The notes below the pieces were generated by a model, which did no database searches, was not told where the DNA came from, and saw nothing but the letters and a program-made list of their open reading frames with translations. The translations under genes and the position numbers were made by a program. A stretch of 52,337 nucleotides of DNA, taken from assembly GCA_044377255.1 (NCBI GenBank), contig JBILJL010000001.1, positions 1-52,337 on the forward strand. The letters are read 5' to 3'. Below, in pieces: positions 28,163-36,412 of the stretch (position 1 is the first letter of the stretch; each line of letters opens with the position of its first letter). This stretch comes from Bacteroidia bacterium (GTDB lineage Bacteria; Bacteroidota; Bacteroidia; UKL13-3).

Positions 28163-30208
28163 CTATTTTTTAGAATCGTAAAAAAGCTGATTTCCAATCA
28201 ATTGATAAAACTTATTCATAGCTATAATGTGCGGAAAACTGATGCAAGAAATGAAGATGAAAAAAGTTTTCATCCATTCGTCTAGGCTAGATTTCAAAGT
28301 AAAACTGTTGAAATAATAAAGTAAGCACCCAAAAAGTATAAAGGCCCCAAGGTTAAATGGCAAAGCTTTTGCAAAAATTTGCTTGTTATTTAAGTGTAAA
28401 CCCTTTTTTATGTGTGTCCAACCATTTAAACTGTGTTGCCCAATAAAATATATTCCAAATGAGGTAATGAGCGGTAATTGCACACAAATTAATAAAATTG
28501 TTGCGCTTATAAACATGGCTAATCTGCGCTCCCAATATGCCCATAAAATTGATATAATGGCTAGGACCATGGTTATAGCAATACTTATCTTGTTTGTAAG
28601 CGGTATGGTATTTACTTTCATGTTACCTAGAATTTGATTTGTTTCTGGTAAATGACCCAATAATAAAATGCCTAAAAGAAATATTCCCCATATCCAATTA
28701 TTTAGGGTTCTCTTTTTTTTAAACTGCCATTCATGCATATCGGCCTCCCCAAAATGCCAAGCAGAGTATATTAGAAAAAAGAGCAATGCCAAGTTGGGAA
28801 CAAATAGCCAAAGCAATAAAAACGCAAATGCCTTGCTCAAATAGCTTATAACAAATGCAAGCCTTATGTTATGTTTTTGTTTCTCCTTAACTAAGAGGTG
28901 ATCAACTGCGCCGTGGGGTATTCCTAGAAAAAACAAGCCTGTTGTAAAAATGCCTATTTGTATGGGTTCAAATATTGATGGCGTATTTATATGTATTGCC
29001 CAAAGTACTAAGGTAAATAGGAATAAAAATATTGGAGCAGCCAAATATTGAAAACGCACTTTTGCGTCTAAATGCCATGCTATTAAAAAAGGTTTAATGG
29101 GTAGGCTAATCAATATTCTTATATCTTGCGATAGGGATGTTTTTTCATCTAAAAACTGCAAAACATTTATCAACTTATTCTTGTCAAATAAGGCTTTAAA
29201 GATGCCACTGCCTGCTTCTGGTTGGTTATTTAATATGATTAACAACAACCTATCATAAAATCGAAACCTTTTTGGACTCTCTTGTTTTATTGGTGGTGCC
29301 GTCATTTGAATACCTTCTGCCAGTTTTTCCGCATGTTTAAACATGTTCTTAAAAGCATAACCTGTGCTTGGTTTAATGGCCCCACTTCTTCCTCCAATTG
29401 CTATCAAACCTGGCAGCGTATTTTCCGAAATTCTTAATGTGCTCATGGGTATGCAGCCAGTTTCAATGTGTGATACGGTGCAGGTGCCAAATCGTTTTGT
29501 TATGTATTCATTTAATATAGGTTCAGCGCTAATAGGGTCAAGGATTTCTTTGCCGAATCTTGTTAATTCCACTAAGATTTTGCCAGAATCGTAAGGTAAT
29601 ACATAAATGAATTGGGTATAACCTTGTTGCGCTATCCTAAAATCCATTAAATCGATGGCCTGTTTAGTTTCTTCTTTATTTTCTGGTTGTACCACATACC
29701 CTATAAACGACTGTTTTAGGTGAACCTCGTTTTTTTTAGCTGTTAAATAGCTTGGTGGTCGGCTATCGAAAACTTGGGCAGAATGCCAAACTCCTTCCTC
29801 TGTTATAACATTAAGCCCTTCATTTATTGCCTCAATACTTATTACATTAGTTTGTATTCTTTGGATGTGATAATTTTCCAAGATTCTTCGCATTTCATGG
29901 TATACATCAATACTAGCTATTTGCATGTATTCCAAAGGTTTAATGGGTTCTAGTGCTCTTCCATTTACGCACATTTCTTCCCATTTCTGACTTATTAAAT
30001 GCTTACAATTTATACTTATTTCATCTGTAGGTTTTGCCCAAAAACAGTATGTTTTGTCGTTGTGAATCTTGGAATCTGGATCAATCACCAAAATTTTTTT
30101 ATTTTTTAACAAGCCTCTTCGCTCCATGCTCATTAACAAAAGCGTTGCGGAAGCTCCTGCACCTGCAAACAAATAATCAAATTTTGGGTATGTTGTGCTT
30201 TCCAACAT
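28163..30208 (-). CDS. crtY-blh: Fusion protein: lycopene beta-cyclase (CrtY, about aa 1-385) plus Brp/Blh-family beta-carotene 15,15'-dioxygenase (about aa 395-681)
   Basis: The N-terminus has the FAD fold DYLFAGAGASATLLL...VIDPD...YCFW and later IAIGGRSGAIKPSTGYAF...FLDEKTS. The C-terminus is polytopic with the four His motifs GIPHGAVDHLL, SAWHFGEADM, GQHSLNGW and FPHIIAM. It is a single uninterrupted 681-codon frame. Confidence 0.8.
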   Translation of the reverse strand: MLESTTYPKFDYLFAGAGASATLLLMSMERRGLLKNKKILVIDPDSKIHNDKTYCFWAKPTDEISINCKHLISQKWEEMCVNGRALEPIKPLEYMQIASIDVYHEMRRILENYHIQRIQTNVISIEAINEGLNVITEEGVWHSAQVFDSRPPSYLTAKKNEVHLKQSFIGYVVQPENKEETKQAIDLMDFRIAQQGYTQFIYVLPYDSGKILVELTRFGKEILDPISAEPILNEYITKRFGTCTVSHIETGCIPMSTLRISENTLPGLIAIGGRSGAIKPSTGYAFKNMFKHAEKLAEGIQMTAPPIKQESPKRFRFYDRLLLIILNNQPEAGSGIFKALFDKNKLINVLQFLDEKTSLSQDIRILISLPIKPFLIAWHLDAKVRFQYLAAPIFLFLFTLVLWAIHINTPSIFEPIQIGIFTTGLFFLGIPHGAVDHLLVKEKQKHNIRLAFVISYLSKAFAFLLLWLFVPNLALLFFLIYSAWHFGEADMHEWQFKKKRTLNNWIWGIFLLGILLLGHLPETNQILGNMKVNTIPLTNKISIAITMVLAIISILWAYWERRLAMFISATILLICVQLPLITSFGIYFIGQHSLNGWTHIKKGLHLNNKQIFAKALPFNLGAFILFGCLLYYFNSFTLKSSLDEWMKTFFIFISCISFPHIIAMNKFYQLIGNQLFYDSKK

Positions 30209-30362
30209 TTATTTAACTCCTTTTTTTATGGTAAAATAAAGCGTAATACTCTAATAATCTAATATTTCTGTTTTTATAAAGAGTATATTTGTTGTAAATA
30301 TATAAATTAACATTTAATAGTAAGACCAAAGTTTAATTTTATAGCTGACCCTACAATTTATT

Positions 30363-31151
30363 TTAAGTGTTGACAGTTGTTCTTTCTGTCAATTGTCGGT
30401 AAACACCGTTCCACAATTCAATTCTTTGTTTTAAGGAATGTATAACTGATTCTTCTGCTTCTTTCCAATATTGCTCGTTGTCATTACAAAGATTGGCCGT
30501 CATTTGTAAAGCAAGGTTACTGTGGTGGTCACCATCTACTTCGATGTGCCTTTCTATATAATATTTAAAGACAGAGATTTCATTAGGAAAATTCTTGTGT
30601 ATTTCATTTATGATGGAGATAAACATACCTGGGATTAAATCTTCTCGGCCAAAAGTAAAAATGGCTGATTGCAAATACGCTTTATCACTCTCAATAACTT
30701 TAAAAGTAAAATCTACAAATTCTTGTGCTTCCTTTGGAGTGCCTGAGGATAAATAAGCGGAGTTAAAGTCGCTGGTGTTTTTCAATACACTTGTAAAAAC
30801 TTCAATTTTAGTTGTATCAGCTCCACATTGTTTCATGGCATCTAAGTATAATTCAAAATGACTTTTCCTAACACCATTTAAGTCTACGTCTGATTCTTCA
30901 CCTACAACTATTTCATTAATAAGATACCTTGTGTCTGCAGTTCCTCTGGGAAACCAAGGAACAGATGTACAAGTCAAGTTACGCTGTAACGTTTTTAATA
31001 AAGACATAAAGTCCCAAACTGCGTACACGTGGAATTGCATAAATACTTTTAAGTCGTTTATGTCTTTAATTGCTAAATAAACTTTATGATTAATAATCTC
31101 TTGTCTTAAGGGTTCAATTGCTTTTTTAATTTTTTCAATTTGAATACTCAT
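30363..31151 (-). CDS. DUF3050 protein (heme-oxygenase-like helical fold)
   Basis: From ATG 31151: MSIQIEKIKKAIEPLRQEIINHKVY...FMQFHVYAVWDFMSLLKTLQ...YIERHIEVDGDHHSNLA. The track's upstream extension to 31265 lacks coding character. Confidence 0.7.
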   Translation of the reverse strand: MSIQIEKIKKAIEPLRQEIINHKVYLAIKDINDLKVFMQFHVYAVWDFMSLLKTLQRNLTCTSVPWFPRGTADTRYLINEIVVGEESDVDLNGVRKSHFELYLDAMKQCGADTTKIEVFTSVLKNTSDFNSAYLSSGTPKEAQEFVDFTFKVIESDKAYLQSAIFTFGREDLIPGMFISIINEIHKNFPNEISVFKYYIERHIEVDGDHHSNLALQMTANLCNDNEQYWKEAEESVIHSLKQRIELWNGVYRQLTERTTVNT

Positions 31152-31410
31152 TTTTGCTTTTTGATTTTTAGGTAAACATTTAAAATTAACTAATGTTTGA
31201 ATTTCTATACCAATTTGTGAATTCCAATTCCAAAATCTTATGCTGCAATTAATTCGATTAAACACTTTGTCAATTAATAAATAGCTCGTAGATGGAATTT
31301 AACTAATATTTATTGCGCTTTTGCGAAGGATTTAATCATTTGTTTAATTTACTGGAACCAATTTTAGAACTTTTTTTGAATTATCACTTGAACACGTAAA
31401 TTTGATTTAT

Positions 31411-31632
31411 ATGACAACTGAATGCCCCTTATGTGATTCGATAGTTCCTATTAACACAGAGCTGCTGCTAAAATTAAAAGTAAATGGTATTAAATGCCCA
31501 AGCTGTAAAGAATATTTTAGTCCTAATAATTCAGAATTAGAAAAAGCTGAACTAAAAATTGAAGAACTAAAGGACGAACTGATTATAAATAATAGCTTGA
31601 AAAATATTCACAGGCTTTTCGACGATTGCTAA
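31411..31632 (+). CDS. Small zinc-ribbon protein (CxxC...CxxC) with coiled-coil tail
   Basis: ATG 31411 gives MTTECPLCDSIVPIN...GIKCPSCKEYF, followed by ELEKAELKIEELKDEL. Confidence 0.45.
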   Translation: MTTECPLCDSIVPINTELLLKLKVNGIKCPSCKEYFSPNNSELEKAELKIEELKDELIINNSLKNIHRLFDDC

Positions 31633-31929
31633 TGAGTCCTAAACAGTCTTTTTTCATTGATTATGTTAGCGTTGAGCCTAGCCTTAGCAAGATTAGTTGT
31701 TTACTCGTTTTTAATTAGTAACAAATAAAACTTACTCGAAGTTTGATTTTGGTCATATTTAGGAAACTCATTTGAACATGCAAAATTGAACGCTTGGGTT
31801 TAACCTACCTTATTATTGGCTTATACTATGACAGATAAATATGGCAAAAGATTGGCCGATAATCATTCGAAATATTACCAATACCCGAAAAGAATAAAAC
31901 CGAAAACTTCTCGTTTTTTTTATTTAGGC

Positions 31930-31959
31930 TTTGTTTTTTATTAAATTCCAATACTTTTG
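31930..31959 (+). promoter_or_regulatory. Bacteroidota sigma-A promoter for metK (TTTG-N18-TACTTTTG)
   Basis: The -33 element TTTG is at 31930-31933. The -7 element TACTTTTG (TAnnTTTG) is at 31952-31959. This predicts a leader of about 155 nt. Confidence 0.5.
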
Positions 31960-31965
31960 CACTGC

Positions 31966-32080
31966 ATTAAGAATCCACTAGCTAGCGGATGCCAACCGGG
32001 AAGAACACCACGGTGGTAAAACAATGCGGACTTTCTTGTCAAATATAGTTCCTAGATATCTGCGGAGAGTCCTCATAGTT
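31966..32080 (+). promoter_or_regulatory. Structured metK 5' leader, candidate SAM-responsive riboswitch (class not resolved)
   Basis: AAGAAUCC (31969-76) can pair with GGA..UUCUU (32028-37) and enclose GC-rich helices: GCCAACCG/CGGUGG and AUCC/GGAU. The 3' strand GGACUUUC (32028-35) can alternatively pair with GAGAGUCC (32065-72). Confidence 0.35.
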
Positions 32081-32124
32081 TGCTTAATCGTTTAATTTGA
32101 ACCATTAAAAAACATATAAAAAAC

Positions 32125-33378
32125 ATGGCTTATTTATTCACGTCAGAGTCCGTTAGTGAAGGACACCCAGACAAAGTTGCCGATCAAATATCGGATGCAT
32201 TAATTGATAATTTCCTGGCATTCGACCCAGAGTCGAAGGTGGCTTGTGAAACCCTTGTTACTACGGGTTTAGTAGTACTTGCTGGTGAAGTTAAATCTAA
32301 GGCATACCTAGATGTGCAAGAAATTGCCCGCGGTGTAATTGGCAAAATTGGTTATACCAAAAGCGAATACATGTTTGAGGCTAATTCATGTGGAATTATC
32401 TCTGCCATTCATGAGCAATCTGCCGATATCAACCAAGGTGTTGATCGCAAGAAAAAGCAAGATCAAGGTGCTGGCGACCAAGGTATGATGTTTGGTTATG
32501 CAACCAACGAAACGGCAGATTACATGCCTTTGGCATTAGACTTAGCCCATAAAATATTAATTGAACTTGCTGCCTTACGTCGTGAGAACAAAGCAATTAA
32601 ATATTTGCGCCCAGATGCTAAAAGCCAGGTTACTTTAGAGTATGATGACAACAACAATCCTGTTCGCATTGAAGCTATTGTGCTTTCAACTCAGCACGAT
32701 GATTTCGACAAAGAGCCTAAAATGTTGGCTAAAATCAAAGAAGATATCGTTAAGATTTTAATTCCTCGTGTAAAAACCAAATACAAAAAATTCGCACATT
32801 TGTTCAACGATAAAATTACCTACCACATCAATCCTACAGGCAAGTTTGTAATTGGTGGTCCTCACGGAGATACCGGTTTAACTGGTCGTAAGATCATTGT
32901 TGATACTTACGGTGGTAAAGGTGCACACGGTGGTGGTGCTTTCTCTGGTAAAGATCCTTCAAAGGTTGACCGTTCTGCTGCTTATGCAACGCGTCATATT
33001 GCTAAAAACTTAGTAGCTGCTGGTGTTTGTACCGAAGTATTGGTTCAAGTATCGTATGCTATTGGCGTAAAAGATCCTATGGGTATTTTCATCGAAACTT
33101 ATGGTACTTCTAAAGTAAATATGACTGATGGTCAAATCGCAAAGGTGGTAGAAAAGTTATTCGACATGACTCCTTACGGCATCGAAACTCGTTTGAAATT
33201 GCGTAATCCTATCTATAGCGAAACTGCTGCTTACGGGCACATGGGTCGTAAAAATGAAGTTGTAACCAAGAAGTTTAAAGGGCCAGATGGTAAAGATCAC
33301 TCATTTAAAGTTGAGTTATTTACTTGGGAAAAATTAGACATGGTTGATGCTGTTAAAAAAGCATTTAAAATCAAATAG
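32125..33378 (+). CDS. metK: S-adenosylmethionine synthetase
   Basis: 417 aa with [54 protein letters not shown] and [19 protein letters not shown]. Confidence 0.97.
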   Translation: MAYLFTSESVSEGHPDKVADQISDALIDNFLAFDPESKVACETLVTTGLVVLAGEVKSKAYLDVQEIARGVIGKIGYTKSEYMFEANSCGIISAIHEQSADINQGVDRKKKQDQGAGDQGMMFGYATNETADYMPLALDLAHKILIELAALRRENKAIKYLRPDAKSQVTLEYDDNNNPVRIEAIVLSTQHDDFDKEPKMLAKIKEDIVKILIPRVKTKYKKFAHLFNDKITYHINPTGKFVIGGPHGDTGLTGRKIIVDTYGGKGAHGGGAFSGKDPSKVDRSAAYATRHIAKNLVAAGVCTEVLVQVSYAIGVKDPMGIFIETYGTSKVNMTDGQIAKVVEKLFDMTPYGIETRLKLRNPIYSETAAYGHMGRKNEVVTKKFKGPDGKDHSFKVELFTWEKLDMVDAVKKAFKIK

Positions 33379-33396
33379 TTTTTGGTTCAAACCGAA

Positions 33397-33436
33397 TAAA
33401 AAAGGCAGTGAAGAGAAATCTACACTGCCTTTTTTT
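33397..33436. terminator. Bidirectional intrinsic terminator shared by metK and the convergent GH13 gene
   Basis: A7-GGCAGTG-(12-nt loop)-CACTGCC-T7. The stems are at 33404-33410 and 33423-33429. Confidence 0.8.
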
Positions 33437-33452
33437 ATGAGTCTATTTTAAG

Positions 33453-36266
33453 CTAATCTATCATCAACTTAACAACTTGATTGCGTTCTCCAGATTTTAC
33501 ATGCAACAAATACAAACCGCTTGAGAGGCCAGTGTTCTCAATAGAAACCTGGGTGTTGTTTCCATTAAAAGTTCTCTGGAAATGCTGTCTTCCATTTAAA
33601 TCAAATAAGGCAATTTCATCAATTACATCCTTATCAGAATGCACATAGAAATTGCCTGTTGAAGGATTTGGAAATACTTTAAACATTGAAACCGATGCTT
33701 CATTTAAACCTATAGGGTTTTGTGGAATTTTATTGTTTAATTTTTTGTCGGTATACACCAAATATTGACCTGGTGTTAAAGGAATGCTCTGGTTCAATGC
33801 GCTCACATTGAGCGAATCGCCTGTCATATAATTGTACCACCAACCTGTGTGGTGAAAGTTAGGTGCCATGCTGATATTAACCACATCAAAATTGCCAACT
33901 ATTATGGTATTGAGGCTGTCATGAGTAACTTTTAAAAACTTGCCTGTGCCCAATATGCTACTAAAAATATAATTATCAGAAGTAAATGATACGTGTTGTT
34001 TTAACCTAGCCAATTCGCCTACAGCATCAAGTATTGCAACCCTTTCTGGCACTTTTAAATACTCCCATTTAAAGGGCTTATTACCTGTTCTTCCATTGGT
34101 GTTAATTGAAACCTCATAGCCCAACTCTCCTCCTTGCCATATCATTTTTGGACCTCTCAATGGAATTAATAAAGCGTGATAAGCTGCAGCTCTTTTAAGC
34201 GCTGTATTTAAACTTTTGGTGCTATAGGTCCCGCTGGTATTGCCATAAGTTAAGCAGGTAAACATTACGCGCTCCTCGTCATGACTTTCGGCATAGGTTA
34301 CCAAATGAGGATTGGTAAATGTGCGCGATTTATAATCTCCCCAAGTTAAATTGGCCTTAGAATTATTGTATCCCATTAAGGCTTCTGCATAGTTTTCTGT
34401 CATTTTACCCCAAAGCATAAAACCAGCGTTGGCCAAAACTTTTTCTTCGGCATTTTCGCCCAAGTGCTCTAAAATTAAATACGCATCAGGCGCATATTTA
34501 ACCACCTCACCTTTTATCCTATTTAAAATGTCTATCCTGCTCTGATCATAAGCATTCCAAGCACCTACATCTGTGCCTGTATTCTTTTGCGTAAATCCTT
34601 TCGACAAATCAAAACGATAACCATCTATTTTGTATTCTGTGAGCCAATATTTCAAATTTCTATCTACAAAATCCTTGGTAGGCTGCGCTTCGTGGTTGTA
34701 ATCATAACCCACACCATAAGGGTGTTTATCTACCTGGTTGAACCAAGGGTTTTGTGCTGTTGGTTGTCCATAAGGACCTAAAGTTGGATCAAAATACATT
34801 CGTACCTGAGGATTTTGTCCGAAGGAATGATTGTAAACAACATCAAAAACTACTGCAATTCCCTCTTGGTGACAAGCATCAATAAAAGCTTTCAAATCGT
34901 TTTTAGTGCCATAATATTTGTCGGGAGCAAAAATAAATGAGGTGTTGTAACCCCAGCTTTCATTGCCCTCAAACTCCATAATTGGCATCAATTGTACACA
35001 ATTTATTCCTGCTCTTTTAAAATAACTAATGGTATCTTTTAATGTTTTGTAATCATGAGTGCCGATAAAATCTCTTAGTAATAACTCATAAATCACCAAC
35101 TGCTCGCTCTTAGGCTTATTAAAGGTGTTTGTTTTCCAAACATAAGGAACTTGCGAGGTTTGCAATACAGAAACAATTTCGGTGGTTTTTCCTGTAGGGT
35201 AAGGCATTAAATTAGGATAAGTACTTGTGGCTATCCATTTGTCATTATTAGGATCAAGAACCTTATCTGCATAAACATCCGCAACCCGCATTTGTATGTC
35301 ATCAATGCTGTATTGAAACCCATATTCCTTTCCACTAATTAATCCATTGATGGTAAGCCAAAACCTAGTGCCATCCGGAGTTCGGTTCATGATATAATTA
35401 GGGTGGTATTCCCAATTGGTAAAATCACCAATAACGTAAATGTAACTTTTATTGGGTGCAAATATTTGAAGTGTTACCGAAGTATCACTGATATAGTTTA
35501 TACCATCAATAACACCATTAGGAGAAACAGCAACATTGGAATATTGGCGTTGCATCATATAGCTGGTATCATAGCTTTTGGTACTCCCGTTGTCTCCCTC
35601 TAAAACAATATTTATACGGCCTGAACCAATGTCTGAAAAGCGCATTTTTTGAGAGATTACACTATCGTTAATAACGGAGGCAATTTGCGTACCATTGGCA
35701 TAAATTTTAAGGGCCGATTTCACTGATGCTGTTCCTAAAAAGCTCACACTGTCGGTTGGCAAATAAAAACTTGCCTTGTTAGGTGAATTCAATTTTACTT
35801 GAAAACCTCCCTGATTGATATCTAAAAATATATCGCCACCAGAGGCTGTTTTACCGGTTTTTGAACCATCTGCATTTCTAAAAACCAAAGCCAATTTCAA
35901 AGCTGTTTCGTTAGCAGGTACCCCATAAAAAGTTTTAATATTACCAATATTCAAGGTATATAAATTGCTTGAACCAACCCTTGTTAATAGGGCCTTAGGC
36001 AAATTGGTGGTCCAATTGGTTAGTACATATTTCCAGTCGCTACCCGAAGTACTTAAAGTAGTAATTACTCCTGTATGGGCATATATAACCGACTCTCCCA
36101 ACAAACCTGCATTTCCTTGCGAGGCATCATAAGTTAGCACCACATTGTTATCTGTGCTTGTGGCAAATGGTGGCGAGATGGCAACAATTTGTTGAGCGTT
36201 TACTTCATAAGCAGAGACTAATAGCAATAAACCAAAAACAGCTTTATTAAAAAATAACCTATTCAT
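33453..36266 (-). CDS. Secreted GH13 alpha-amylase-family glycoside hydrolase with T9SS C-terminal sorting domain
   Basis: Signal peptide ending VNA/QQ. GH13 regions are FDVVYNHS, DGYRFDLSKGF, LILEHLGE and YAESHDE. The C-terminus FPNPSTGNFYV...GLYLLHVKSGERNQVVKLMID is a type-A T9SS CTD. Confidence 0.85.
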   Translation of the reverse strand: MNRLFFNKAVFGLLLLVSAYEVNAQQIVAISPPFATSTDNNVVLTYDASQGNAGLLGESVIYAHTGVITTLSTSGSDWKYVLTNWTTNLPKALLTRVGSSNLYTLNIGNIKTFYGVPANETALKLALVFRNADGSKTGKTASGGDIFLDINQGGFQVKLNSPNKASFYLPTDSVSFLGTASVKSALKIYANGTQIASVINDSVISQKMRFSDIGSGRINIVLEGDNGSTKSYDTSYMMQRQYSNVAVSPNGVIDGINYISDTSVTLQIFAPNKSYIYVIGDFTNWEYHPNYIMNRTPDGTRFWLTINGLISGKEYGFQYSIDDIQMRVADVYADKVLDPNNDKWIATSTYPNLMPYPTGKTTEIVSVLQTSQVPYVWKTNTFNKPKSEQLVIYELLLRDFIGTHDYKTLKDTISYFKRAGINCVQLMPIMEFEGNESWGYNTSFIFAPDKYYGTKNDLKAFIDACHQEGIAVVFDVVYNHSFGQNPQVRMYFDPTLGPYGQPTAQNPWFNQVDKHPYGVGYDYNHEAQPTKDFVDRNLKYWLTEYKIDGYRFDLSKGFTQKNTGTDVGAWNAYDQSRIDILNRIKGEVVKYAPDAYLILEHLGENAEEKVLANAGFMLWGKMTENYAEALMGYNNSKANLTWGDYKSRTFTNPHLVTYAESHDEERVMFTCLTYGNTSGTYSTKSLNTALKRAAAYHALLIPLRGPKMIWQGGELGYEVSINTNGRTGNKPFKWEYLKVPERVAILDAVGELARLKQHVSFTSDNYIFSSILGTGKFLKVTHDSLNTIIVGNFDVVNISMAPNFHHTGWWYNYMTGDSLNVSALNQSIPLTPGQYLVYTDKKLNNKIPQNPIGLNEASVSMFKVFPNPSTGNFYVHSDKDVIDEIALFDLNGRQHFQRTFNGNNTQVSIENTGLSSGLYLLHVKSGERNQVVKLMID

Positions 36267-36412
36267 AACATTAGTAGAATTTTACAGCAAACAGAAACAA
36301 ATTAAGGCAAATCATGCCGATTTTCAAAATTAACCATGCCTCGTTTTTGTCATTTTTGCTTGCTATCACCTTTCATTTTAATATCTTAGCAGCACTAAAC
36401 AAATTTACTCCT

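Noticed and set aside
30363-31265. N-terminal extensions of several track ORFs: 30363-31265, 36314-40333, 45814-49059, 49109-49882, 20189-20614, 14173-16650 and 40617-42722
   Set aside because: The extensions begin at alternative or upstream starts and lack coding character. Internal ATGs give canonical N-termini: a signal peptide, the family-typical first residues, or the HIGH region. I shortened the features accordingly.
31633-31929. About 300 bp of apparently non-coding DNA between the zinc-ribbon ORF and the metK promoter, containing tiny ORFs (28 aa from 31633, 38 aa from about 31827)
   Set aside because: The ORFs are very short, have no signal or motif, and are AT-rich and low-complexity. 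I found no convincing hairpins or repeats, so I cannot support a feature there.
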